Below are positions 14,671-23,872 of a stretch of 32,000 nt of DNA, piece after piece; within the stretch, counting starts at the first letter, position 1, and every line of letters starts with the position of its first letter. Position numbers and translations under genes: made by a program. Source of the DNA: Vibrio alginolyticus NBRC 15630 = ATCC 17749 (GTDB lineage Bacteria > Pseudomonadota > Gammaproteobacteria > Enterobacterales > Vibrionaceae). Location of the stretch: positions 1,590,001 to 1,622,000 of the forward strand of contig NC_022359.1 of the NCBI RefSeq assembly GCF_000354175.2, read 5' to 3'. The notes beneath the pieces were generated by a model that worked only from the letters and a program-made list of their open reading frames with translations, was not told the origin of the DNA and made no database searches.

Positions 14671-15690
14671 TTATGACTTTGTTAACCTGGCCAGAATTAC
14701 ATCCAAAATGTGCTGATGATTGTCCTTTCTGGAAACCTCGTCACGCTCCTGGCAAAGTGCTTCCTCCCCTTCTGATGCGAGAATTTTAATGCCACGCTCA
14801 GTACATTCTGCGAACGCACTAAACTGACTCGCACTGGGGATCTCTTGAAACGTCACATTGGGAAGAGCAACAAATGATTCAGCTGGTGTCAGTGCGGGAT
14901 ATAGCCGATCAGAGAGCGCCACCACGGTGATAGCATTGTTCATCAAGGCCAGAGTTTCAGGGACAAAAGTTTTCGTTAGCTCAGGGTTGATAACGACGAC
15001 CGATTTCAGTTTGTTTTCAGACTGAAATCGGGGAAATTTTTGATCCGGGATGCTGGTAATATCAACGTTATTTTCACGTAACCAATGACAGTCTACATTG
15101 GTGGCGTTGTGACACGATGTTCGATATTTCTCCGGGCTTATTTGCGCTCCGGAGAGCATCAGCATAGATGTGCCGCCCAGAAAAAAGCCGACCCCCTGCA
15201 CTGCATCAGTATCTACGCCTCCGGACAGTATCCCGACCGAACTTAATTCGTTCAGCCCAAGCACCAAATCACTGGTTCTGAATGTGATTTCATCGACAGC
15301 CATTTCTGCATTGATTTCGTTCGGTGCAGGAGGCTTTGGTACCACAACGACATAACCTTGTTGCGCCAGGCTCGAGGCTATCCAACCACTGTGGGAAAAC
15401 GCTGACCGTGTTCCGCCCTGCGACAAAAGCACAACGGGAAATTTTCCACTTGCTAAAGGGGCATCTAACTGCGTTTCGACTGATTTAAAAATGTTCCCCC
15501 TACCAAACGTGAAATTGTTTTTTTCGTTCGTTGTGGGATACCAATAATAGACTTCTACTGGCTTATCTCTGTCTTCACTGAATCCCGTTTTGATTGTTAG
15601 CGCAGAATGGTATTTCGGCTCATTCGTACTGGCGCTGGCACTGACACACAATGTAGCGAGTAGAAACGACATTATTATTTTGGTTTTCAT
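14671..15690 (-). CDS. Secreted alpha/beta-hydrolase-fold protein (COG4188/PAF-acetylhydrolase-like) apparently lacking the Ser nucleophile, 339 aa
   Basis: Signal peptide MKTKIIMSFLLATLCVSASAS. FPVVLLSQGGTRS...LAQQGYVVVVP resembles LSHGxGG...LASHGYVV. The expected GHSxGG elbow reads GFFLGG. SD GAGGGA. Confidence 0.5.
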   Translation of the reverse strand: MKTKIIMSFLLATLCVSASASTNEPKYHSALTIKTGFSEDRDKPVEVYYWYPTTNEKNNFTFGRGNIFKSVETQLDAPLASGKFPVVLLSQGGTRSAFSHSGWIASSLAQQGYVVVVPKPPAPNEINAEMAVDEITFRTSDLVLGLNELSSVGILSGGVDTDAVQGVGFFLGGTSMLMLSGAQISPEKYRTSCHNATNVDCHWLRENNVDITSIPDQKFPRFQSENKLKSVVVINPELTKTFVPETLALMNNAITVVALSDRLYPALTPAESFVALPNVTFQEIPSASQFSAFAECTERGIKILASEGEEALCQERDEVSRKDNHQHILDVILARLTKS

Positions 15691-15713
15691 TTTTCCCTCA
15701 GCCGGTCAACACA

Positions 15714-15890
15714 TTATTCTGCACGGCATCTAGAAAAATAACGCGCAGGAGATTCTCCATATATTTTGCGAAACATAGCAATTAAGCTATTCATAGTCGA
15801 GGTAACCCAAAGAAAATGATAGACCGCTCCAGCTAGAGCCTTTCTTTTCAATAATTTTCTGCGGATATCCACCATGCAGAAGTTTGTACT
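15714..15890 (-). pseudogene. C-terminal remnant of an AraC-family regulator
   Basis: Translation ...RRKLLKRKALAGAVYHFLWVTSTMNSLIAMFRKIYGESPARYFSRCRAE* parallels the HTH end of the intact AraC at 12824..13618 (VGAVAHALGYSTPSNFIAMFRRVYGDSPTRYF). An in-frame stop at 15891-15893 cuts it off, and an LGY match in a second frame suggests additional frameshifts. Confidence 0.6.
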
Positions 15891-15957
15891 TTACTCATTG
15901 TAAACGACTAATCATGGCCTCTTAAGGCAACATTAGAAAACCAACCGTATTCACAAT

Positions 15958-15989
15958 CCATAACTCCATAACTCCATAACTCATAGTTA
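15958..15989. repeat. Tandem octanucleotide repeat (CCATAACT) x3 plus one degenerate copy
   Basis: Read directly: ccataact ccataact ccataact catagtta. Intergenic. Confidence 0.85.
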
Positions 15990-16099
15990 CACCGATGTAT
16001 ATCTAAGTGAGCTGAAGCTTCATTGCCCATCCAGTGCCCTTTGCATTTTTATAGCAAGGTAGCCAAGCACCATTTTATTACGGACCATTGCTGCCTGCG

Positions 16100-16402
16100 C
16101 TAATGCTTTTGTTTTGTATCGTAACTGATTTGCTTACTGACGTTCTCTAGTTGCACTCCTACCTTATTAAATGCCTTTTGAATAGTTGTGGAAACATGCT
16201 GGCGGCCCTCTCCTTCAAAAAAGTTAGCTCGATCTTGCTTCGTTTCGAATACACAGACTATTTCTAAACTTTGTGGAAAAGAAGAGAATTTGACGGTATG
16301 AGTCACCCAAAGAAAGCCATCGTAGCCTTTTAGCGTATCTTCACAAACTTCGGTCAACACTTCTCTAATTAGATTCTCGACCTTCTTATCTGATTTGCGC
16401 AT
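16100..16402 (-). CDS. Conserved hypothetical protein, 100 aa
   Basis: Clean ORF with a plausible start and no recognisable catalytic motif. I recall seeing similar small proteins in marine gammaproteobacteria but cannot name a family. Confidence 0.45.
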   Translation of the reverse strand: MRKSDKKVENLIREVLTEVCEDTLKGYDGFLWVTHTVKFSSFPQSLEIVCVFETKQDRANFFEGEGRQHVSTTIQKAFNKVGVQLENVSKQISYDTKQKH

Positions 16403-16607
16403 GAATTAAACTGCCTTCCTATCTAACGCCTTTAATTAGGTCTCAGTCTACATTGTCTTAAACAGTATTTGGCAGTGGTATTTAGTCAATAGCCTGTAGA
16501 TGAGGTTATTCGCACGAAGATTTACCGACCTACTCGCTTCGAACTACATCTTACGCTGTTAAAAATAAGCGCTTTGCAACTCTACAAAACGCTTCTAACT
16601 TATTAGA

Positions 16608-17546
16608 TTATTTTAAGTGTGTTTCAAGGAATGCAGAAACCTTGTCCATTGCAATGCCGACTGCTTCTGGATGGTCATACAGTTCATAGTGAGACCAATT
16701 TTCCAAATTAACCAGCTGTCGGTCTTTTGATTGAACAGAGCGGCCATAAATTTCCTGCCCATCACGATAAGCACCAAACGCCCCGACTTTTTGCCCTACC
16801 ACGGCCATAACAGGCTGAGTCAATAACGTTTCGGCAAATGCAAAGGCATCCCAGCTCAGTGTTTTCTGTGCATGTGAAAACAGCATACGAGTTGCACCAC
16901 CTTCGGTTTGTCCACGTGATGTTTTGTAGTATTCAGTAGCTTCGAACACGTCTCGTTCTGTTAATCCATTTTCTTTTGCAAATTCAATATTTGGAGGAAG
17001 AAGTTCATCGATTTTCAGCTCTGAGCCGCGAGCTTCGGCTGTTCTCTGTGCAGCCATAGCTTCAAGATTGGCGATAGGGTCGTACATACTAAAGCCTTCA
17101 CGGAACAAGCGGCCTAAGTTAACAGGCGTAATACCTACGACAGCTTTCAAGCGCTTTTCGGTTAGGGCTGAATTGATCATGTAACCACCACCGCCGCAGA
17201 TACCGAGTCCACCAATTCTATTCTCATCGACATATGGTAAAGTTACTGCATAGTCGATAACGCGACTGATATCTTCAACACGTTGACTTGGGTCTTCTAC
17301 GTAGCGAGGCAATCCTCCCGATTCTCCTTGGAAGCTCGCGTCAAATGCGATCACGACGTAACCTAACTCAGCAAGGGCTTTACCATAGACAGCGCTGGAT
17401 GTTTGTTCTTTACAACTACCAAAAGGATGAACGCTTATCATTGTTGGGTAGCGTTTCGATTCATTGAAGCCTTCTGGAAATAAAATTAATGCAGACATAT
17501 CCCAAGCCATATCAGCATTTCTAAAAGTGATTTTTTGCATATTCAT
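16608..17546 (-). CDS. Alpha/beta hydrolase, dienelactone-hydrolase-like with Cys nucleophile (GICGGGG), 312 aa
   Basis: GxCxG elbow GLGICGGGGY and the AFDASFQGESGG block. Paralogous to the adjacent gene. Start set to ATG 17546 (MNMQKITF). Confidence 0.75.
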   Translation of the reverse strand: MNMQKITFRNADMAWDMSALILFPEGFNESKRYPTMISVHPFGSCKEQTSSAVYGKALAELGYVVIAFDASFQGESGGLPRYVEDPSQRVEDISRVIDYAVTLPYVDENRIGGLGICGGGGYMINSALTEKRLKAVVGITPVNLGRLFREGFSMYDPIANLEAMAAQRTAEARGSELKIDELLPPNIEFAKENGLTERDVFEATEYYKTSRGQTEGGATRMLFSHAQKTLSWDAFAFAETLLTQPVMAVVGQKVGAFGAYRDGQEIYGRSVQSKDRQLVNLENWSHYELYDHPEAVGIAMDKVSAFLETHLK

Positions 17547-17583
17547 AATCAATACCTTAAGAGTAAAAAGCCTTGAGAGCAGA

Positions 17584-17606
17584 AAGGCTCGAAGCAATTG
17601 AGCCTT
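17584..17606 (-). terminator. Hairpin after the upstream hydrolase gene
   Basis: AAGGCTC / GAGCCTT 7-bp stem with a 9-nt loop, followed on the minus strand by TTCTGCTC (weak U tract). Confidence 0.35.
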
Positions 17607-17618
17607 TCATCGGGAATA

Positions 17619-18533
17619 TTAAAGAGTGCGTTGGAAGAAAGATGCGAGTTGGGATACTGCGTCATCGACGTATTCGGCAACATCATAAAGCGACATATGG
17701 TTTGCACCATCAATGGCATACAAGGTTTTATCTGAACTCGCTGCACGTTCTATCAGGTCATCACTCATCCATTTGCTGCCTGCGTCACTACCAACGACAG
17801 CAAGAATTGGCTGAGTTAGGAATGCTTCCGCTTTGTGGTACGCATCGTAAGTAATGATCTGGTTTAAGTTACGAGTTAGAGCAAAACCCGGCGCATTTGG
17901 ATGTTCACAACGTGGTGTGTGGTAATACTCCCAAGCTTCGCGTAGCTCTGCATTTGAGGCATCTTCTTCACGCATCGGAGCTAGAGGAATAGTCGCGAAT
18001 TCTGTACCATTCGTGTCGGTTGTGCGAGCATTCGAACCAAATTCTAAGTAACCAACAGCGTCAGCATCGTTAACCGAATTATCCCAACCATTACGGAACA
18101 TTTGGCCAATGTTTACGGCACTAACCATACCCAGTGCTTTGATTCGACGATCATTGATCGCTGCATTTGCACTATAGCCCGCACCAGCACAAATCCCCAT
18201 TGCGCCAATTTTATCGTTATCGACGTACTCTAACGTTGTCAGATAGTCGACGACTGCGCTCACGTCTTCAGTACTCGTGTAAGGGTTTTCCATTTGGCGA
18301 GGCTCACCTGTACTTTCACCTTGATACGAACGGTCAAACGCAATGGCAATTATGCCGCTTTTTGCAAGTTTACTCGCATATAGGCCTGCGGTTTGCTCTT
18401 TTACGCCACCACCTGGGTGTGAAACAACAACCGCCGCATATTGTTTACTTGCATCAAAATCTGTAGGGAAGTTGATAACCGCTGAAATCTCAATACCTTG
18501 ACCATTGAGATTTTTGAAAGTGACTTTAGACAT
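17619..18533 (-). CDS. Alpha/beta hydrolase, dienelactone-hydrolase-like with Cys nucleophile (GICAGAG), 304 aa
   Basis: GAMGICAGAGY elbow and the AFDRSYQGESTG block. Start set to ATG 18533, which has GGAGA 8 nt upstream. Confidence 0.75.
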   Translation of the reverse strand: MSKVTFKNLNGQGIEISAVINFPTDFDASKQYAAVVVSHPGGGVKEQTAGLYASKLAKSGIIAIAFDRSYQGESTGEPRQMENPYTSTEDVSAVVDYLTTLEYVDNDKIGAMGICAGAGYSANAAINDRRIKALGMVSAVNIGQMFRNGWDNSVNDADAVGYLEFGSNARTTDTNGTEFATIPLAPMREEDASNAELREAWEYYHTPRCEHPNAPGFALTRNLNQIITYDAYHKAEAFLTQPILAVVGSDAGSKWMSDDLIERAASSDKTLYAIDGANHMSLYDVAEYVDDAVSQLASFFQRTL

Positions 18534-18661
18534 AGCGACATTCTCCATTAGAGGTTAACTGTTCATCTCAGGCTGACCTAAGCTTCGATGTAATATTAGT
18601 CAACACACTGTTTCGGATAAATATCGTTTTATCTACATGACTGTTTAGTTATACTTAACAA

Positions 18662-19591
18662 ATGAGAATAGAACCTTCTTTAATTTCATCACTGACGTGG
18701 TTTGCACATATTGCTCGCCATCGCAGTTTCACTAAAGCAGCCTTAGAAATGGGGGTAACCCGTGCTGCCTTATCACAACACCTAAAAGCGTTAGAACAAC
18801 AGCTACAAGTTCGGTTAATTAATCGAACCACCAGAAGTATGTCGCTGACGGAAGAAGGCCAACGTCTGCTTGATATTTTGCAACCTTCATTGGTGAACAT
18901 TGAGCAGGTCGTTAACGAATTGAACGACTCTCATCTTGAGCCTTCGGGATTAATCCGTATCAGTGTATCAAGAACCGCTGCTCGGCTGCTTATTGAGCCC
19001 TATCTAGGTGAGTTCCTCTCTCGTTATCCTAAAATACGCCTAGAGCTAATCATGGATGATGGGTTTTCTAACATCGTCGCAGAAGGCGTTGACGCTGGCA
19101 TTCGCTTAGGATTAAGCTTAGATGAACATATGGTTGCGATCCCTATTACTCCGCCGTTAACAACGGCAATAGTGAGCTCTCCTGAATACTTTAGGCAAAA
19201 TGGACTACCTCAAACTCCTGAGGATTTAGAAGATCACAATTGCCTTGCTTATCGTTTTACCTCTAGCGGAACAATTGATCATTGGTCGCTAACCTCTCCA
19301 GATGTTGCAAAGCGCACCCTCGTTTTCGAGCCTAAAGGCAATGCTATTTTTAATGATGACTATAGTATGTTACAAGCTGCAATACAGGGTGTGGGTTTAG
19401 TGAAGCATATTGATTTATGGGTGGAAAAGCACATAAATGAGGGAAGATTGACCCGAGTTCTGACACCTTGGTGCAAAGAGTTTCCAGGGTTTTATTTGTA
19501 TATACCTTCACGAGAGCATATGCCGAAAAAAATCCGCGTCTTGATGGATTTTTTAATCGAAAAGCGCGAAGCTCTGAAACCCAAAGAGTAA
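18662..19591 (+). CDS. LysR-family transcriptional regulator, 309 aa
   Basis: N-terminal HTH FAHIARHRSFTKAALEMGVTRAALSQHLKALEQQL and a LysR substrate-binding C-terminus. Divergent from the hydrolase pair. Confidence 0.9.
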   Translation: MRIEPSLISSLTWFAHIARHRSFTKAALEMGVTRAALSQHLKALEQQLQVRLINRTTRSMSLTEEGQRLLDILQPSLVNIEQVVNELNDSHLEPSGLIRISVSRTAARLLIEPYLGEFLSRYPKIRLELIMDDGFSNIVAEGVDAGIRLGLSLDEHMVAIPITPPLTTAIVSSPEYFRQNGLPQTPEDLEDHNCLAYRFTSSGTIDHWSLTSPDVAKRTLVFEPKGNAIFNDDYSMLQAAIQGVGLVKHIDLWVEKHINEGRLTRVLTPWCKEFPGFYLYIPSREHMPKKIRVLMDFLIEKREALKPKE

Positions 19592-19610
19592 TTGTCAAAT
19601 TGCTTTAAGT

Positions 19611-19638
19611 AAAAAAAGCGAGCACGAGGCTCGCTTTT
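19611..19638. terminator. Bidirectional rho-independent terminator (LysR gene / ackA)
   Basis: AAAAAAA-GCGAGC-acgag-GCTCGC-TTTT. Confidence 0.8.
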
Positions 19639-19660
19639 AACTTTCTGTTTTCGTTATATA

Positions 19661-20854
19661 TTACAATAGCTCAACCGATTGTTTGGCTATCACAAATTCC
19701 TCGTTAGTAGGAATAACAAGAGCTTTGGCACCTAACAACTCAGATGTTGCAATAACACCTGCGTTACCAAATCTTGCATCTTCGTTACCTTTCTGATCTT
19801 CAACAAAACCTAACAGTTTTAGGTTTTTCAAGATTTCACGACGAATTGGTAGTGAGTTTTCACCAATACCACCAGTGAAGATGATGCCGTCTAATGAATC
19901 CAGAGCCGCGAGGTAGGATGTAATGTATTTCGCAACGCGGTAAGTGAAGATCTCAAATGCCAACTTCGCACGTGAATTCCCCGCTTCCATTGCTTCTAGT
20001 ACGCCACGAGCATCACTTGTCACACCAGATACACCTAAGAAACCTGACTTCTTGTTCATCATCTCGAACACTTCGTCTTTTTCCCAGCCTTTACGGAAAA
20101 GGAACTCGATAACACTTGGGTCGAGGTCACCACAGCGAGTGCCCATCATTAGGCCAGCTAACGGCGTCAAACCCATACTTGTATCAACACATTCGCCATT
20201 TTTAACCGCACTCACTGATGCACCGTTACCTAAGTGCACAGTGATAAAGCTGCTTTCTTCAACCGGCTTATCTAGCATTTTCGCTGCTTCACGGCTTACG
20301 TAGTAGTGGCTTGTGCCATGAGCACCGTAACGACGCACTTTATGCTCTTCGTAAAGCTCGTAAGGAAGTGCGTACATAAAGGCTTTGGCTGGCATTGTTT
20401 GGTGGAAAGCAGTGTCGAATACAGCAAATTGAGGCAGTGAAGGGAACGCCGCCATTGCCGCTCTCATGCCTTCAGCGTTCGCTTTGTTATGAAGTGGTGC
20501 AAGTTCAGCAAGGCGCTCTACTTCTTGAATAACTGTTTCATCAACTTTCACAGTTCCTTTAAAGGTTTCACCGCCTGCGACAATGCGATGGCCTACAGCG
20601 ACAAATTTTGAGCTCAAACCTAGAGTTTCGAGTAGTTTTACCACTCGCTCAACAGCGTACTGATGATGGTTACCGCCAGCTGGAATTGCTTCAACGGTTT
20701 TTTCTCCCTGATATTTCCAACTGATTTCAGCTTCAGGTAGGCCAAAACACTCACCAATACCTGATACCAAAGCTTCACCGGTTTCAGAATCAATAACAGC
20801 AAATTTTAATGAAGAGCTACCAGAGTTGATCACCAGTACAAACGAATTAGACAT
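19661..20854 (-). CDS. ackA: Acetate kinase, 397 aa
   Basis: Canonical N-terminus VLVINSGSSSLKFAVID and full-length acetate/propionate kinase blocks (HRIVAGG, AFHQTMP, RRYGAHGTSH, TGGIGEN). No adjacent pta. Confidence 0.95.
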   Translation of the reverse strand: MSNSFVLVINSGSSSLKFAVIDSETGEALVSGIGECFGLPEAEISWKYQGEKTVEAIPAGGNHHQYAVERVVKLLETLGLSSKFVAVGHRIVAGGETFKGTVKVDETVIQEVERLAELAPLHNKANAEGMRAAMAAFPSLPQFAVFDTAFHQTMPAKAFMYALPYELYEEHKVRRYGAHGTSHYYVSREAAKMLDKPVEESSFITVHLGNGASVSAVKNGECVDTSMGLTPLAGLMMGTRCGDLDPSVIEFLFRKGWEKDEVFEMMNKKSGFLGVSGVTSDARGVLEAMEAGNSRAKLAFEIFTYRVAKYITSYLAALDSLDGIIFTGGIGENSLPIRREILKNLKLLGFVEDQKGNEDARFGNAGVIATSELLGAKALVIPTNEEFVIAKQSVELL

Positions 20855-21154
20855 GAAATAGTTATCCTGTTGTAGAGCAGAGGTTGTAATAGCGCTTGTG
20901 CGCTGCGTACTTCTTGTTTGCCCCTCTATTATTCAATAATTTTTTAATCTTTCAACAATCTTTTAGTAAAAGCGATTTGATTGAACAAATTTTGTTGATC
21001 TGTAGCAAGTTTTGATTTTATTTGAAGACTAAAAAATATCACTTGTTAAACATAATTTATGAATAGGTCAATTTGTACAAAGTCAGATATATAAGCTACG
21101 TTGTTTATTGGGTGAACAAAAATAACAAACCAATCAATAAATCGGGGTAATAAT

Positions 21155-21868
21155 GTGCCCACTATTGCATTTCTATTAGTGATCTTAGGTTTGATTTTGC
21201 TCTGCTGGGGATGGCAGATGACAAAAAACATCTGCTCGAAAACTGACGTAACCGGGTGGACTTTCCTATTATTGTTAATCAGCTGTTTCATTTTTGCTTA
21301 TGCCGTTTTTTTGCACGCTATCATGCAAAAACCTATTACTTCTCTCTTAGAAACGGGGGTTTCTCTTATACTTTTTGGCGGCAGTATCTTTGTCGTGCTG
21401 GTGATTAAGTGGAGCAACGATTCGATATTAAAGCTTCATACTGTTGCTGAAAGAGAGAAGCGCAATGCCGTCCATGACGCTCTTACTGGGCTCCCTTATC
21501 GTAAATACTACTTTGAGTCTATCGAAGACATGACACAACCTGAAGGCCAATGACTGATTCAAATTATGAGATAACCTCAAAAACGTCGAAAGATTGATAA
21601 TACGTTTCAAGGTAAGCTGGTTAATTTCTTTTCACAGCAAGCCGCACTGAAGGCTCCCGCTCTATCGTTGAGAACACGATTGCGCTAGCACATGGATTAG
21701 GGTATTCGGTCGTAGCAGAAGGCGTTCAAGACATGGACACACTGCATTTTTTGAGAAGTCGAGGCTGTGACATCATTCAGGGTTACTTGTTCTGCCCTGC
21801 CCTTAGACGAAGTAATAAGTTGGGTAAACAAACACGATGAAAAGCAAAACCGTATTAGACGCGCATAA
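21155..21868 (+). pseudogene. Remnant of a membrane-anchored GGDEF-EAL signalling protein with a large internal deletion and frameshifts
   Basis: ORF 21155..21553 holds TM segments plus the very start of a GGDEF domain (HDALTGLPYR), then a stop. Downstream frames hold EAL-domain end blocks: KIDNTF, then SIVENTIALAHGLGYSVVAEGVQDMDTLHFLRSRGCDIIQGYLF, then LPLDEVISWV in a third frame. Confidence 0.65.
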
Positions 21869-21894
21869 AAAAGCCGAGCGCTTTGCTCGGCTTT
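21867..21894 (-). terminator. Rho-independent terminator of deaD
   Basis: Minus-strand GCCGAGC-aaagc-GCTCGGC followed by TTTTTT (plus-strand A-run 21867-21872). Confidence 0.8.
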
Positions 21895-21940
21895 CAATTC
21901 TTTTTGTAGCAACTTAAACCGTCGCTTTAATCACTCGTGA

Positions 21941-23872
21941 TTATGCGTCTGTACGACGGCCACGACCGTGACCACGTTCACCACGATGTGCACCACGGTG
22001 ATCACCACCACGGTTGCGATCGAAACGACGTTCGCCACCTTCACGATTACCATCGCGGTTGCCGTCACGGTTACCACGGAAACCACCTTCGCGACGACCG
22101 CCTTCACGACGATCACCACCACGATTGCCGCCTTCGCGGTTGCCACGGTAACCACCGCCATCACGACGACCACCATCGCGACGACCACCGTCACGGCGAC
22201 CACCACGAGACTCGCGGAAATCATCGAAGTCACATACTACAGCACCAACATCTTGTTGACGGATACGTAGTTTGCTTAGCTTGTTCGCCGCGTCTGAAGT
22301 CATTGCTTTAGGTAGCTGTACGAATGTGTGACCTTGAGCTAGTTTGATCGCACCGATAGAACCTTTACCTAGACCTAGTTCGTTTGCTAGAGCGCCAACG
22401 ATGTCTTTAACTTGAACGCCTTGCTCACGACCAACTTGAAGCTGGTAAGTATCCCAGTCTTGGTTGTTGAAGTTACGACCGCCGTCGCGACCACCTTCAC
22501 GGCGCTCTTTACGACGTTGCTTGTCACGCTCAATTGCTTCAACCATTGGGTCTTCGCCAATATAGAACAGAGGACGTTTGCCTTGCTGACGCTTAAGAAG
22601 CATAGCAGCAAGTGTTGCAGGGTCGATGTCTAGAGAAGTTTGTAGTTTCTCTACCAACTCAGCAAATTTGTCTAGTGCTTTGTGCTCTTTCTCTGCTTCA
22701 AGCTCAGCGCCTAGCTTAGCTAGACGAGCTTCAGCAACTTGGTCACGTAGAGGAAGTTGGATTTCTTCCATAGATGACTTAGTTACACGCTCGATAGTGC
22801 GAAGCATACGAATTTGGTTAGTGCGAACTAGAAGGATCGCTTTACCTTTACGTCCAGCACGGCCAGTACGACCGATACGGTGGATGTATGACTCAACATC
22901 AAATGGGATGTCGTAGTTAAATACGTGCGTAATACGTGGAACGTCAAGACCACGAGCTACAACATCAGTTGCAACTAGGATGTCAATAACACCTTGTTTG
23001 ATGTGATCAACAGTACGTTCACGTAGAGACTGAGGAATGTCACCGTGCAGTGCAGCTGCTTTGAAGCCACGTGCAGATAGCCAGTCAGCCAGACGCTCAG
23101 TATCTTGACGAGTACGTACGAATACGATTGACGCGTCAGTTTCTTCAGTTTCAAGAAGACGAGACATTGCTTCATCTTTCTCTACACCTTTCACTACCCA
23201 GAACTGTTGTTGAACTTTGTCTACAGTGTGGTTTTTACCAGCAACGTCAACCGTTACAGGGTCACGAAGGAAACGTTCAACGATCTTCTTCAGCATTGGA
23301 GGCATAGTTGCAGAAAACAGAACGCGTTGTGCTGACTCTGGAGCGTGCTCCATGATCGCAGTTACGTCATCTACGAAACCCATGTTTAGCATTTCGTCTG
23401 CTTCATCAAGAACGAAAGTACTAACTTCGTCTAGGTGTAGACGTTCGCGATTGATAAGATCTTGAACACGGCCTGGAGTACCGACAACTACATGAGCGCC
23501 ACTTTTAAGAGCACGCATTTGGTCGACAATAGATGCGCCACCGTAAATCTCTAGAACTTTCAAACCTTTGATGTTTTTACCAAGGTTTTTCATTTCCGCT
23601 GCAACCTGAATTGCCAGCTCACGAGTCGGAGCAAGTACAATCGCTTGCGGTTTGCGTTGGTTTAGATCGAGTTTGTTGAGAAGAGGCAGAGAGAACGCTG
23701 CTGTTTTACCTGTACCTGTTTGAGCTTTACCCAGCGCGTCAGCACCTTCCAATAGGTGTGGGATTGCCGCAGCCTGAATTGGAGTTGGTGACACGAAACC
23801 CATTCCGTCTAGAGCAGAAAGGATAGAATCATTCAGAGATAAATCACTGAATTGAATAACAGAATCTTGCAT
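21941..23872 (-). CDS. deaD: DEAD-box ATP-dependent RNA helicase DeaD/CsdA with an Arg/Gly-rich C-terminal tail, 643 aa
   Basis: Motifs AQTGTGKT, VLDEADEM (DEAD), SAT and HRIGRTGRAG, plus a DbpA-like domain. A 91-aa RGG/RDGG tail is present. Confidence 0.95.
   Translation of the reverse strand: MQDSVIQFSDLSLNDSILSALDGMGFVSPTPIQAAAIPHLLEGADALGKAQTGTGKTAAFSLPLLNKLDLNQRKPQAIVLAPTRELAIQVAAEMKNLGKNIKGLKVLEIYGGASIVDQMRALKSGAHVVVGTPGRVQDLINRERLHLDEVSTFVLDEADEMLNMGFVDDVTAIMEHAPESAQRVLFSATMPPMLKKIVERFLRDPVTVDVAGKNHTVDKVQQQFWVVKGVEKDEAMSRLLETEETDASIVFVRTRQDTERLADWLSARGFKAAALHGDIPQSLRERTVDHIKQGVIDILVATDVVARGLDVPRITHVFNYDIPFDVESYIHRIGRTGRAGRKGKAILLVRTNQIRMLRTIERVTKSSMEEIQLPLRDQVAEARLAKLGAELEAEKEHKALDKFAELVEKLQTSLDIDPATLAAMLLKRQQGKRPLFYIGEDPMVEAIERDKQRRKERREGGRDGGRNFNNQDWDTYQLQVGREQGVQVKDIVGALANELGLGKGSIGAIKLAQGHTFVQLPKAMTSDAANKLSKLRIRQQDVGAVVCDFDDFRESRGGRRDGGRRDGGRRDGGGYRGNREGGNRGGDRREGGRREGGFRGNRDGNRDGNREGGERRFDRNRGGDHRGAHRGERGHGRGRRTDA

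Noticed and set aside
16403-16607. TAACGCC and GTTAAAAATAAGCGC motifs, examined as possible integron attC/VCR sites because of the Vibrio-like context
   Set aside because: No imperfect inverted-repeat attC structure, no repeated cassette organisation and no integrase nearby.
21931-22311. Three 100-124 aa ORFs (His/Asp-rich, Thr/Val-rich) overlapping the 3' end of deaD on both strands
   Set aside because: They are frame artefacts of the GC-rich RGG-encoding repeats. They have no SD or start context, and the deaD frame is the one with recognisable homology.
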